A stretch of 64,000 bases of DNA from a bacterium. Lineage in GTDB: Bacteria > Sysuimicrobiota > Sysuimicrobiia > Sysuimicrobiales > Kaftiobacteriaceae. The stretch spans positions 23,853-87,852 of the forward strand of contig DASYRL010000012.1 of the NCBI GenBank assembly GCA_036004445.1, in the 5' to 3' direction. This document shows, piece by piece, positions 29,824 to 39,854 of the stretch; the stretch's first letter is position 1; the number at the start of each line of letters is the position of its first letter. The translations under genes and the position numbers were made by a program. The notes under the pieces are model-generated. The model saw only the letters and a program-made list of their open reading frames with translations. It was not told the origin of the DNA and ran no database searches.

Positions 29824-32067
29824 CTACGGCGCGCCGACGTACAGCCAGAACGGGATCCGCAGCGTGGTCGTGCCCTTCAATGTCAGCTGGCCTTCGTACT
29901 GGCCCAGGGCCGTGGGTCCGGCTTCGGCCGTGACGTTGAGGATGAGCGTGGACCCCGCGCCGAGGGTCACCGACTTCGTGCTCAGGCGGATCTTCACGTC
30001 CGACGTGGCCGAGCCGTCGGGGCGCTCCGGTCCTTTGACGTCTACCGTCCAGCTGCCACCGCCGCTCACTCCCACGATGAGCACGGCGCGGACCCGGCTG
30101 CTCGACGGGGTGACGGAGCCGAAGTTGATGCTCGATGGATCGAACGTCGCCCGCGGGTTGCGCGCCAGCGCCAGGTCGATGCGCCCGGCGCCGCGGACCA
30201 TGACGCTGGTCTCCACCGTCCCACTGACGTGATCCCAGACCGGCTTCTTGGCCGTGCTCATCAGCGCCGACTTGATCTGCTGGGGCGACCACGTCGGGAA
30301 CTTCGCGCGCAACAGCGCCGCCGCTCCGGCCACGTGCGGCGACGCCATGCTCGTTCCCTGGAAGAAGGCGAACAGGCCCGGGCCGTTGATGGAGGACAGC
30401 ACGTTGACCCCCGGGGCCGTCACGTCGGGCTTAATGTGGTTGTCGAAGGTCGTCGGTCCGCGCGAGCTGAAGCCGGCAATGATGTCGGCGTTCTTGGTCA
30501 CGAACTCGGCGAAGTCGGGATCGATCCGCGCCGCGGCGGTCCCGGGATGTCCTTGATACCAGTCGCGCATACCGATCCCGCTCTCGTTGCTGACCATCAC
30601 CGCGGGGATCGTGGGCTTCGGGTCGGTGGCGTCGTGGGCCATGCCCACGGGATCGCCGGCGACGTTGTTGAAGATGAGCACCCCGATCGCGCCGGCGTTC
30701 TGCGCGTTGCGCACCTTGGTGGTGAACGTGCAGCTGCCGCGGCTGATTAGCGCGAGTTTGCCGGTCAGCGGCGTGCCGGCGACCGCGTCGCAGGCCAGGT
30801 CGTTTCCCGCGATGGCGCCCCACCACACGTAGAGCGCCGCGGTCGTCGACGTGAACACGCTGAAGTCGCCCGTCGCGGCCCCGACGTTCTGCAGCTTCGA
30901 CGGGACGCCGCTGGGGGCGGTGACGTCGACCGGCTGGCCCACGAAGTGCGGATTCGTGCTGGCCCCGGCGGTAATGGCCTTCTCGGCATTCCCCGGCGAC
31001 GACACGGTGCCGGCTCCGGGACCCGAGTTCCCCGCGGCCACCGCGACGATCACCCCCGCGTCGACGGCCGTGTTGGTGGCGATCACGATGGGATCGAGGT
31101 TGGTCGGGGTGAGGATGGTGCCGCCCAGGCTCATGTTGAGCACGTCCATCCCGTCGGCCACGGCGTCGTCGATGGCGTCCACGATCTGGGCGTCGCTGGA
31201 CGACTCCGCGCCGTCGGGAAACACGTTATAGTTGCCCAGGTACGCGCGCGGGGCCAGCCCGGTCAGCGAGAACATCACGCCGTTGACCTTCGCGCTCGTG
31301 CTGCTGTTGCCGGCCACAGTTCCGGCGACGTGGCTGCCGTGGCCGATCGTGTCCCTCGCGCTGTCCGCAAACCCGGCATCCGGATACGACCGGGCGACGA
31401 TGACCTTCTTGTTCACGTAGGCCAGGTTGCCGGTGGTGTCGGTCTTCGGGTAGCCGACCGGGTTAGTGTACCCCGCGTCTTTGAAGAAGTTGTTGCGGAT
31501 GTCGATGCCGGTGTCGATGATCCCCACCATGACACCGCCGCCGCCCCGGCTGGCCCCGGTGAGATCGGAGCGCAGGGCTGCGGCGCCGATCAGGGGGTTG
31601 CTCACGTTCATCAGCGGATGGAACCGCCGGCTGATCGTGACGCTGCGGACGCCGGCCAGCCGCTGTACGACGGGGATTCCCCGGCCGCTCAGGACGACGG
31701 CCATGCCATTAAACACGATGGAGAACCGCTCCGCCACCTGCGCGTCGGGCACCGCGCTGCGCAGGCTCGTGACAAAGGTGGTCTGCCGGTCCCCGAGCGT
31801 CTGCTGATACGACTGTGCCGCGGCCGATGCGGCGTCGACCCGCGCGCCGGCGGCCGGACGGAACCGCGCCGCGACGGGCGGGTCGGTCAGCTGCACGATG
31901 ATCTTGACGCGATCGGATGATGCGGCCGCCTGAGCCAGGGCCGCGGCGTTGTTGATGACGCCCGTCTGAGCGGCCGGGACGTCGAAGGCGGGACCGCCGG
32001 CGGTAGCCGACCCTCCCGCCAGTGCGACGATGAGACCAAGCGCGAGCCACGCACGCCTTCCTCCCAT
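29824..32067 (-). CDS. secreted subtilisin-like serine protease (peptidase S8) with PA-like insert
   Basis: Catalytic D (IIDTGID), H (GHGSHVAGT), S (GTSMASPHVAGAAALL); signal peptide from ATG 32067 behind GGGGGCGGAG RBS. Confidence 0.9.
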   Translation of the reverse strand: MGGRRAWLALGLIVALAGGSATAGGPAFDVPAAQTGVINNAAALAQAAASSDRVKIIVQLTDPPVAARFRPAAGARVDAASAAAQSYQQTLGDRQTTFVTSLRSAVPDAQVAERFSIVFNGMAVVLSGRGIPVVQRLAGVRSVTISRRFHPLMNVSNPLIGAAALRSDLTGASRGGGGVMVGIIDTGIDIRNNFFKDAGYTNPVGYPKTDTTGNLAYVNKKVIVARSYPDAGFADSARDTIGHGSHVAGTVAGNSSTSAKVNGVMFSLTGLAPRAYLGNYNVFPDGAESSSDAQIVDAIDDAVADGMDVLNMSLGGTILTPTNLDPIVIATNTAVDAGVIVAVAAGNSGPGAGTVSSPGNAEKAITAGASTNPHFVGQPVDVTAPSGVPSKLQNVGAATGDFSVFTSTTAALYVWWGAIAGNDLACDAVAGTPLTGKLALISRGSCTFTTKVRNAQNAGAIGVLIFNNVAGDPVGMAHDATDPKPTIPAVMVSNESGIGMRDWYQGHPGTAAARIDPDFAEFVTKNADIIAGFSSRGPTTFDNHIKPDVTAPGVNVLSSINGPGLFAFFQGTSMASPHVAGAAALLRAKFPTWSPQQIKSALMSTAKKPVWDHVSGTVETSVMVRGAGRIDLALARNPRATFDPSSINFGSVTPSSSRVRAVLIVGVSGGGSWTVDVKGPERPDGSATSDVKIRLSTKSVTLGAGSTLILNVTAEAGPTALGQYEGQLTLKGTTTLRIPFWLYVGAP

Positions 32068-32166
32068 GGTTTCTCCGCCCCCTTCTATCGCTGTGTGGTC
32101 GTGGCCAGGAAAGTGACGGCTCACCCGCTGCGGGTGGGCGCCGGCGGATATTTACCCAGGTTTCTG

Positions 32167-33135
32167 CTACACGGATGGAACGCGGGGGGAGCGCGCGACG
32201 CCGGGCGGGAGGTCGAGGGCCGTGAGCAGTCCGGGCGCGGCGGCCGGCAGCCGGGGGATCGTGTTGGCGACGATCGCGCACGTGGCGAGATCCCCCTGCA
32301 CGCCGCCGGCGATCACCGCGTGGACGGGAGGCGCCCCGGCGATCCGGATCTCATCGCGAGGATCGTCCATTCCGATAGCCATGGTGAGGTCGAGGACAAT
32401 CGAGCCTGAGCGGCATACCTGATGCAGGCCGCGCACGGCGCCGTCGGAGCCGATGACGGGAGCGATGGATTCTTCGATCGCCTGCGGCGCCCAGCCCAGC
32501 GCCGCGGCGATCATCGCCGCCGACTCCGGGAGTCCGACGTGGGCGATGCGGCCGGCCGCCACGCCGGCGGCAAATTCCTCCGCCGTCAGCCCTGCGCCGA
32601 CCTTGCGCTGCAGGGGAAGGCGGCGCCGCCCAGCGTCGACCACCCGCGTCACCGTGATGCCCGTCACCTCGCGGCACGGCATCGTCAGGATGACCGGAAG
32701 CAGGTCCATGATGAAGCCGGGGTTCACCCCGGTGCCCAGTACTCTCGCCCCGTGTGTGCGCGCCGCAGCGTCGAGCCGGGCGGCGTCCTGCGGATGAGCC
32801 GACCACGGGAACGACAGCTCCTCGCAGGTGGAGATGACGTTCCATCCCGCCCCCAGGAGAGGCAGCAACTGCGGAAGGACCGCTTGAAGATGGGATTGGG
32901 TGGAGTGAATCACGACGTCGATCCCGGCGTCGCGCATGTCGGCGATGGCGGGCACGACGGCAAGATTGGCGGGGGCCGCGGGCAGCAGGTCGCGCAGCGG
33001 ACGCCCGGCTTTCGCGGGATCCGAGTCGACCGCGCCGACGACCTCGTAGCCGCGCTGCAGCACGATGTCGGCAATGCCCAGACCGATCGGACCAAGGCCG
33101 TAGAGGAGAATGCGCAGAGGCGGCACGCCCATCAT
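32167..33135 (-). CDS. DapB-N-like NAD(P)-dependent amine dehydrogenase family protein (2,4-diaminopentanoate dehydrogenase-like)
   Basis: N-terminal Rossmann ILLYGLGPIGLGIA; family assignment by overall similarity pattern only; start ATG 33135. Confidence 0.6.
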   Translation of the reverse strand: MMGVPPLRILLYGLGPIGLGIADIVLQRGYEVVGAVDSDPAKAGRPLRDLLPAAPANLAVVPAIADMRDAGIDVVIHSTQSHLQAVLPQLLPLLGAGWNVISTCEELSFPWSAHPQDAARLDAAARTHGARVLGTGVNPGFIMDLLPVILTMPCREVTGITVTRVVDAGRRRLPLQRKVGAGLTAEEFAAGVAAGRIAHVGLPESAAMIAAALGWAPQAIEESIAPVIGSDGAVRGLHQVCRSGSIVLDLTMAIGMDDPRDEIRIAGAPPVHAVIAGGVQGDLATCAIVANTIPRLPAAAPGLLTALDLPPGVARSPRVPSV

Positions 33136-33231
33136 TGTACGGCTCCGGGACCGGGCTGCCAATCGGACGGGGACCGGAGGGTTTGCCGCGGCGCGCCCAG
33201 AAGCCCCAGACACTTTAAGGGGAGGGATCGC

Positions 33232-34173
33232 ATGCCGGTCGCGGTGGTCGCCATCGGCGGCAACTCGCTGATCAGAGATGAATCAAATCCTGACGTGCGG
33301 GGCGAGATCGAGGCCCTGCGCGAGACCTGCCGCCACCTGGGAGCGATGCTCAGCCAGGGATGGGATATCGTCCTCACCCACGGGAACGGGCCGCAGGTGG
33401 GCTTCAACCTGCTCCGGTCCGAGCTCGCCGCCGCCGTAGCCCCGCCGCTGCCGCTGGACGTGCTGGGCGCCCAGACCCAGGGATCGATCGGCTACCTCAT
33501 CCAGCAAATCCTCGGCAACGAGCTGCGCAGCCGGGACATCCGCAAGCGCGTGGTCACCGTCGTCACCCAGACCCTGGTCGATCGCGGCGATCCGGCGTTC
33601 CACCGGCCGACCAAGCCGGTGGGGCCATTCTATGAGCCCGACGAGGCCGAGCGGCTGCGGGCCGCCCGCCAGTGGGAGATGATCGAAGACGCGGGACGGG
33701 GCTGGCGTCGCGTGGTGCCGTCGCCGATGCCGCTGGAGATCGTCGAGCGGCTGGTCATCAAGGGCCTGGTGTTTCAATCGATCGTGGTCATCGCCGCGGG
33801 TGGCGGGGGCATTCCGGTAGTGCGGCGGTCCGACGGAGCGCTGGAAGGCGTCGAAGCCGTCATCGACAAAGATCTCGCCACGTCGCTGCTGGCGCAGGCG
33901 ATCGGCGCGGACCTCCTGCTCATTTCGACCGCGGTCGAGCGCGTGGCTCTCAACTACGGGACACCCGAGCAGCAGGACCTCGCACGCATGACCGTGGATG
34001 AGGCCAAGCGGTACCTCAGCGGGGGACACTTCCTGCCGGGCAGCATGGGACCGAAGGTGCTGGCATCGCTGCGCTTTGTGGAGGCGACCGGTGCGGAAGC
34101 GCTGATCACTTCCCCCGAGGCGATCGAGCGAGCACTCGCCGGGCGCACCGGGACGCGCATCCTCCCCCGGTAA
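33232..34173 (+). CDS. arcC: carbamate kinase
   Basis: VVAIGGNSL, LTHGNGPQVG, VIAAGGGGIPV blocks; AAGGGGAGGGA RBS. Confidence 0.9.
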   Translation: MPVAVVAIGGNSLIRDESNPDVRGEIEALRETCRHLGAMLSQGWDIVLTHGNGPQVGFNLLRSELAAAVAPPLPLDVLGAQTQGSIGYLIQQILGNELRSRDIRKRVVTVVTQTLVDRGDPAFHRPTKPVGPFYEPDEAERLRAARQWEMIEDAGRGWRRVVPSPMPLEIVERLVIKGLVFQSIVVIAAGGGGIPVVRRSDGALEGVEAVIDKDLATSLLAQAIGADLLLISTAVERVALNYGTPEQQDLARMTVDEAKRYLSGGHFLPGSMGPKVLASLRFVEATGAEALITSPEAIERALAGRTGTRILPR

Positions 34174-34242
34174 TCTACGGCGTCCAGCCGATGACCCGGC
34201 GGGCGTTGGCTGGTACCCTATAAAGGACTCTGGGCGAAGGAG

Positions 34243-35442
34243 ATGACTCCCGTGAGCGATCTGATACTGGCCGACCGCATGGCCGGCCTGGGCACGGAAA
34301 CTGCGTTCGAGGTGCTCGCCAGAGCCCGCGAATTGGAGCGGCAGGGCAGGTCGGTCGTGCACCTGGAGATCGGCGAGCCCGACTTCGACACTCCCGAGCA
34401 CATCAAAGAGGCGGCCGTGAAGGCCCTGGCGGATGGGTACACGCACTATACGCCTTCCGCCGGCCTGCACGAGGCTCGGGAAGCCGTTGCCGAGCACGTC
34501 GCGGTCACTCGCGGCATCCGCGTGGATCCCTCGGAGGTCGTGATCACTCCCGGCAGCAAGCCGATCATGTTCTTTGCCATCCTCGCACTGGTCAATCCCG
34601 GCGACGAAGTCATCTATCCTGATCCGGGCTACCCGATCTACGAATCGGTTGCCCGCTTCGTCGGCGGCGTCCCTCGGCCGCTGTCGCTGCGCGAGGAGCG
34701 TGGGTTCCGCGTCGACCCCGACGAACTCGCCGCCTTGGTCACGCCGAAGACCCGCCTGGTTATTCTGAACTCTCCGCACAACCCGTGCGGGTCGGTCCTC
34801 ACCCGCGAGGACCTGACGGCGATTGCCGGTGCGCTGGCGCGGTCGAACGCCTACGTCCTCGCGGACGAAATCTACTGGCAGATTACCTACGACGCCGAGC
34901 ACACCAGCCTCGCCGCGCTGCCTGGCATGCAGGAGCGCACGATCATCCTCGACGGGTTTTCCAAGGCGTACGCGATGACGGGATGGCGGCTGGGGTACGG
35001 CGTGATGCGCCGGGACCTGGCCGCGAAGATGGCGCAGCTGATGGTCAACACGGCATCATGCGCGGCGGCGTTCACTCAGATGGCCGGGATCGCCGCGCTG
35101 CGCGGGCCGAAGGAGCCGGTGCGGGCGATGGTGGCGGAATTCCGCCGGCGCCGCGACGTTATCGTCGACGGTCTCAATGCCATCGAGGGCGTCTCCTGCA
35201 CGCGGCCCCACGGAGCGTTCTATGCGTTTCCGAACGTGGCGCGCCTCGACGCCGACAGCAAGCGGCTGGCCGATTTTCTCCTCACCGACGCCGGGGTGGC
35301 CTGTCTGTCGGGGACGGCGTTCGGACGACACGGGCAGGGTTTCCTGCGCTTCTCATACGCCAACAGCGTCGAGCAGATTCAGGAGGCGCTGCGTCGCGTG
35401 GCCGAGGCACTCAAGCGCTATCCCGCGCCTGCCCGATCGTGA
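34243..35442 (+). CDS. pyridoxal-phosphate-dependent aminotransferase class I (aspartate aminotransferase-like)
   Basis: NPGDEVIYPDPGYP, SKAYAMTGWRLGY (PLP lysine region). Confidence 0.9.
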   Translation: MTPVSDLILADRMAGLGTETAFEVLARARELERQGRSVVHLEIGEPDFDTPEHIKEAAVKALADGYTHYTPSAGLHEAREAVAEHVAVTRGIRVDPSEVVITPGSKPIMFFAILALVNPGDEVIYPDPGYPIYESVARFVGGVPRPLSLREERGFRVDPDELAALVTPKTRLVILNSPHNPCGSVLTREDLTAIAGALARSNAYVLADEIYWQITYDAEHTSLAALPGMQERTIILDGFSKAYAMTGWRLGYGVMRRDLAAKMAQLMVNTASCAAAFTQMAGIAALRGPKEPVRAMVAEFRRRRDVIVDGLNAIEGVSCTRPHGAFYAFPNVARLDADSKRLADFLLTDAGVACLSGTAFGRHGQGFLRFSYANSVEQIQEALRRVAEALKRYPAPARS

Positions 35443-35510
35443 CTCGTGACTCGTGACTCGACATGCTCGAGGTGTAGTGGCTAGTCACTAGTCACGAGTC
35501 ACTAGTCACG
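35438..35510. repeat. tandem-unit hairpin (GTGACTCG x3 / CTAGTCAC arm) bridging two convergent gene ends
   Basis: cgtgactcgtgactcgtgactcg-loop-ctagtcactagtcacgagtcactagtcacg; aminotransferase TGA and lipoprotein TAG stops lie inside the repeat units. Confidence 0.9.
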
Positions 35511-36035
35511 CAGTGTTCCGGGTCTAAAGGTCCGCACGACTTCATCGCACTGCTTTTGTCCATCGCGCCATTTATCGAAGGGTTTGGCGCAGACGAGGAC
35601 GTAGGTCTTCGCGGCTCCTGAAACGGCCACCCCGACCGACGCCCACTCGACGCCTCCGGAGCTCCCTGTCACCTCGAACTTGTCCCACCGCGCGTCGGGA
35701 CTGCTCCGCGGATCCTGCTGAAAGCCCGAGACCCCGTGAATGGTCAGCTCGGAGAAGACCAGGCGGCGCACGCCCGATTCATCCAGCGGTCCGCTGACGT
35801 CGGTCACGAAGACCGCGATGAATTCACTCGACGCGTCGGGTACGGGCGTCCCCGGCGGGACGAAGCGAATGCGCCCGCCGCCGCCGTCCGACCTGGTCCA
35901 CTCAGGCGGCGTCCGCACCGCGAATCCCGTGGCCTCGTCGCGTTGTTCGGTGAGCGGCGTCTCCTGACGCGGCTGACACCCTGTGAGGAGGAGCGCCCAG
36001 AGCAGTACGACGGCGGCGGTCGATCCGCGTCTCAT
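35502..36035 (-). CDS. lipoprotein, hypothetical
   Basis: Lipobox MRRGSTAAVVLLWALLLTGC; the other 337 aa of track ORF 35502..37046 are antisense to the ADH gene and rejected. Confidence 0.55.
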   Translation of the reverse strand: MRRGSTAAVVLLWALLLTGCQPRQETPLTEQRDEATGFAVRTPPEWTRSDGGGGRIRFVPPGTPVPDASSEFIAVFVTDVSGPLDESGVRRLVFSELTIHGVSGFQQDPRSSPDARWDKFEVTGSSGGVEWASVGVAVSGAAKTYVLVCAKPFDKWRDGQKQCDEVVRTFRPGTLRD

Positions 36036-36272
36036 GTTGGGTCGAATTCGTGCACCCCCGCTGCGGTCCTGGGTCCGCGTGTATCTAGCCTCGAAGAGCT
36101 CAGCATCGGCAACGTCGCATGCGCAGGACCGGCTTCGCCGAGTCCGAGCATCACACGCGAAGGAAAGCAGGGAAACGCGGGGAGGGGGAGGTTCGGAAGG
36201 GGGAGGGAATCGCTCTCCCCCTTCGAGTGGCACAGAGGGCCGGTCGCGCGTGCCGGGGAAGTGCACACATCG

Positions 36273-37274
36273 ATGCAGGGAATGGTTCTTTACCATCCCG
36301 GGCCGGGTTCCGGCGCACAGTTGCGCATGGAACGTCTGCCCGATCCAACTCCCGGGGCCGGCGAAATCGCGCTGCGAGTCACGCGGTGTGCTGTCTGCCA
36401 TACCGACCTCCACATCATCTCGGGCGACCTCCCGCCGCACAAAGCGCCGTTGGTCCCCGGTCACCAGATCGTGGGCATCGTCGAACGCGTGGGCCCCGGC
36501 GTGACCCGCTTCGTTCCCGGCGATCGCGTGGGGATCGGGTGGCTGTACGATGCCTGCGGGCGGTGCGATGCGTGCCGGAGCAGACACGAGAATCTCTGCG
36601 CGCAGGCGAGGTTCACCGGATACGACGTCGATGGCGGCTATGCCCAGTTCGCGCTGGCGAACGCGGACTTCGCCTACCGGATCCCCGGGCAATTCACCGA
36701 TACCGACGCCGCGCCGTTGCTGTGCGCGGGAGTGATTGGCTATCGGGCGTTGCGGCTCTCGGGGATCGAGCCAGGCCAGCGCCTCGGGCTGTTCGGTTTC
36801 GGCGCGTCCGCGCATCTCGTCATCCAGGTCGCCCGGTATTGGAGATGCGAGACGTACGTCTTCACCCGCAGCAAGGAACATCGCGAACTCGGCCGGGCTC
36901 TGGGTGCGGTCTGGGCCGGCGGTGCCGAAGATGCCGCGCCCGCGCGGGTGCACGCGGCCATCGTGTTCGCTCCCTCCGGCGCCGTCGTCGTGCAGGCCCT
37001 GGGACATCTGGAGCGCGGGGGGACCGTCGCCATCAACGCGATCCACCTCGATCGGATCCCGGCGTTCGACTATGACCGGCTGTACTGGGAGCGCAGCCTG
37101 CGCAGCGTCAGCAACATCACGCGGGCCGACGCGGAGGAGTTCCTGGCGCTCGCGGGCAGAATTCCGGTGCAGACCGCCGCCACGCTCTTTCCGCTCGCTG
37201 AGGCGAACACGGCGCTGGCGGCGCTCCGCGCCAGCCGCGTGACGGGTGCCGCCGTGCTGGATACGGAGGCGTGA
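36273..37274 (+). CDS. zinc-dependent alcohol dehydrogenase (AdhP-like)
   Basis: CAVCHTDLH, GHQIVGIVERVG, structural Zn CGRCDACRS, GFGASAHL. Confidence 0.88.
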   Translation: MQGMVLYHPGPGSGAQLRMERLPDPTPGAGEIALRVTRCAVCHTDLHIISGDLPPHKAPLVPGHQIVGIVERVGPGVTRFVPGDRVGIGWLYDACGRCDACRSRHENLCAQARFTGYDVDGGYAQFALANADFAYRIPGQFTDTDAAPLLCAGVIGYRALRLSGIEPGQRLGLFGFGASAHLVIQVARYWRCETYVFTRSKEHRELGRALGAVWAGGAEDAAPARVHAAIVFAPSGAVVVQALGHLERGGTVAINAIHLDRIPAFDYDRLYWERSLRSVSNITRADAEEFLALAGRIPVQTAATLFPLAEANTALAALRASRVTGAAVLDTEA

Positions 37275-38422
37275 TGAGGATTGGGATCTTCACCGACGCG
37301 TACAAACCGCTGATCACCGGCGTGGTCAATTCGGTCGACCTGCTGCGGCGCGGCCTGGAGGCGCACGGACACCAGGTATTCATCGTCGCGCCCAGCTTCG
37401 CCGGCTATACCGACGTCGAGACGTGCGTGATCCGGTATCCTGCGATCAACCTGCCCTCGCGGGTGCCCACCCCGCTCGCCATTCCCATCGCCCCTCGGGT
37501 CTTCCGCCGGATTGCCGCACTGCGGCTGGACGTCATCCACTCACAGCATCCGTTCGCGGTCGGGCGCGCGGCCGCGGCGATCGCGGCGCGGCTTGATCTG
37601 CCGCTCGTGTATACCTTCCACACGCAGTACGAGCAGTACGCCCACTACGTCCCACTCCATCCCGCATTGGTCCGGTGGGCGGTCCGGCGCATGGTGGCAA
37701 CGTACGCGTCGCACTGCGACGTGGTCGTGACGCCGGGGCCGTCGATTGTCGGCCTGCTGCGGTCCTATGGAATCCACCAGCCCGTCGAGATCGTTCACAA
37801 CGGCATCGACCTGTCCATGTTCGAACGCGCCCGCCCGGGCGATCTGCGCGCACGGCTGGGCATTCCCGCGGCCGCCCCGGTCGCGATCTACGCCGGGCGG
37901 CTGGCCCTCGAGAAGAACCTGGAGTTCCTGCTGGCCTCGTTCCGCCTCGCGGCGGAGATCGTTCCCGAGGCGCAGCTGCTGCTGGTGGGGGAAGGGGCCG
38001 ATCTCGATCGCCTGCGCCGTCTCGCCGCTGCCGCCGAGCTGGCCGGCCGCGTGCGATTCACCGGCGCCGTCCCGTACGCCGACATCCCGGCGTACTACGC
38101 GGCGTCGGACGTGTTCGTGATGACGTCGCTCACCGAAGTGCGTCCGCTGGCCATCATCGAAGCGATGGCCGCGGGGTTGCCCGTCGTGGCCCTCGACGCG
38201 CCGGGGGCGGCCGATACGGTCACCGCCGGGATGGACGGGCTCCTCGCTCCTCCCGATACCGCGGACTTTGCGGCAGCGCTGGCGAGGGTGATGCGAGAGG
38301 GAGATCTTCGCCGCGCGTTAGGCGCCAATGCGAGGGCCGCGGCGCGCCAATATTCCTTTCTCACCACGTCCCGCCGGCTCGCCGACATCTACGCGTCCGC
38401 CGTTGAAGCGCGGCGGCACTGA
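37271..38422 (+). CDS. glycosyltransferase family 4 (GT-B)
   Basis: N-terminal GT4 donor-binding region and C-terminal GT1-type motif (ESFGLP-like VRPLAIIEAMAAGLPVVA). Confidence 0.88.
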   Translation: MMRIGIFTDAYKPLITGVVNSVDLLRRGLEAHGHQVFIVAPSFAGYTDVETCVIRYPAINLPSRVPTPLAIPIAPRVFRRIAALRLDVIHSQHPFAVGRAAAAIAARLDLPLVYTFHTQYEQYAHYVPLHPALVRWAVRRMVATYASHCDVVVTPGPSIVGLLRSYGIHQPVEIVHNGIDLSMFERARPGDLRARLGIPAAAPVAIYAGRLALEKNLEFLLASFRLAAEIVPEAQLLLVGEGADLDRLRRLAAAAELAGRVRFTGAVPYADIPAYYAASDVFVMTSLTEVRPLAIIEAMAAGLPVVALDAPGAADTVTAGMDGLLAPPDTADFAAALARVMREGDLRRALGANARAAARQYSFLTTSRRLADIYASAVEARRH

Positions 38423-39854
38423 CGCCCTCCTCGCCGCCGCGGTTGCCGCACTCGTGCTCCTGCGGGTGGGGGCGGCAGGGCGCCTGCCGCTGTTCGACGA
38501 CGAGGCGTATTACTGGCTGTGGAGCCTGCGTCCGGACTGGGGCTACCTCGATCACCCGCCGCTGATCGCCTGGCTGATCTATGCTGGGACGCGCGTCTCC
38601 GACTCGCCGGGATGGATCAGGGCGCTGCCGCTGGTGTGCGGCGCGCTGACCGTGTATGTCCTCTTCCTCTTCGCGCGCGACCTGTTCGGCGGCCGGACGG
38701 CGCTGCTGGCCGCGCTCGTCGCGTCGGTGACGGTGGGCGTAGCCGGCGGCAGCCTGCTGGCGACGCCGGATACGCCGCTGCTGTTCGCGTGGGTATTCAC
38801 CGCGCGGGCGGTCTGGCGCGCGGCGCATGACCGTCCCCGCTGGTGGGGGCTGGCCGGAGCGGGGCTGGGTGCCGGAGTGCTCGGCAAGCTCTCGATCCTG
38901 TGGCTGGCTGCGGGGCTGGCCTGGTATCTGTTCGCCAAGGGCCGCGCACTTCGCACGACCGGGCCCGTTCTCGCCCTAGCCATCGCCATGGTCATCGGCA
39001 GCCCGTTTCTCGTCTGGAACGCTCGACATCAGTGGGCGACCATCAGGTTCACGCTGATCGAGCGGCCCGTCCACCTGCCGCCGGGACCGTCGGCGGTTGC
39101 CGATCTGCTCGCCGCCCAGTTCATCTATGCCGCTGTGCTGTTCCCAGTCTTCGCCTGGGCGCTGTGGGCCGCGTGGCGCCGGCGCGCCGACGAGCGGTTC
39201 CGTTACCTCTTCTGGTCCGCGATACCGGCGGTTGCCGTCCCGCTGGCCTTTGCGCTGACCACGGGGACTCACCGCAATGCCTGGATGGTACCGGCATACC
39301 TTGTCCTTGCTGTCAGCGTAGCGGCGCTGTGGAACCGCCTGACCGCCGTGGCCACGGCGGTCGCGGTTACCGCTGGGATCGCCACGAGTACGCTGCTGCT
39401 TCTTCCCGGCTTCCCGCCGATCCCCGGGCTTGCCGAGCTCCACGGATGGGAGCAGGCGGGTCGCCGGGCGGCGTCGGAGGTCGTGCGACTGCCGCAGCCG
39501 GCGGTCCTTGCGTCGGATCGGTATCAGGCTGCGGCGCAGCTCGCGTACGCGACACACGCCCGGGTCGCCATCACGCTGCTGCCGCGGGCAGATCCGGAGT
39601 CGATCTGGACTCGGTTGTGGGGACCTTCAGGGCAATGGGGCGGCCGTGACGCGATCGTCGTGGTCGATCCGGCCTGGCCGGCGTCGGACTGGCGGCGCTA
39701 CGCATCGCGCGTCAGGGAGCTGCACCCGCTCGTCGTCGGGCTCGATCCCCAACGATCGAGGACGTTTCTGTTCTACCGGCTGGAGGGGCTGCGGCCTGAT
39801 GCCCGAGGCCCGGGGCCCGTGTCTATCTCTTGCAGGTCCAGCAGTGGTTGCTGA
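38403..39854 (+). CDS. GT39/GT83-like integral membrane glycosyltransferase (ArnT/PMT family)
   Basis: DE-loop motif LFDDEAYYW after first TM, about 11 TM helices; start uncertain (TTG 38403 in frame; ORF opens at 38328). Confidence 0.78.
   Translation: MKRGGTDALLAAAVAALVLLRVGAAGRLPLFDDEAYYWLWSLRPDWGYLDHPPLIAWLIYAGTRVSDSPGWIRALPLVCGALTVYVLFLFARDLFGGRTALLAALVASVTVGVAGGSLLATPDTPLLFAWVFTARAVWRAAHDRPRWWGLAGAGLGAGVLGKLSILWLAAGLAWYLFAKGRALRTTGPVLALAIAMVIGSPFLVWNARHQWATIRFTLIERPVHLPPGPSAVADLLAAQFIYAAVLFPVFAWALWAAWRRRADERFRYLFWSAIPAVAVPLAFALTTGTHRNAWMVPAYLVLAVSVAALWNRLTAVATAVAVTAGIATSTLLLLPGFPPIPGLAELHGWEQAGRRAASEVVRLPQPAVLASDRYQAAAQLAYATHARVAITLLPRADPESIWTRLWGPSGQWGGRDAIVVVDPAWPASDWRRYASRVRELHPLVVGLDPQRSRTFLFYRLEGLRPDARGPGPVSISCRSSSGC

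Noticed and set aside
33283-34902. 539-aa minus-strand ORF
   Set aside because: Antisense to carbamate kinase and the aminotransferase.
35502-37046. 514-aa minus-strand ORF
   Set aside because: Only the last 177 codons look real (lipobox N-terminus at ATG 36035). The upstream 337 codons are antisense to the Zn-ADH gene (36273..37274) and R/G/P-rich, typical of high-GC antisense artefacts.
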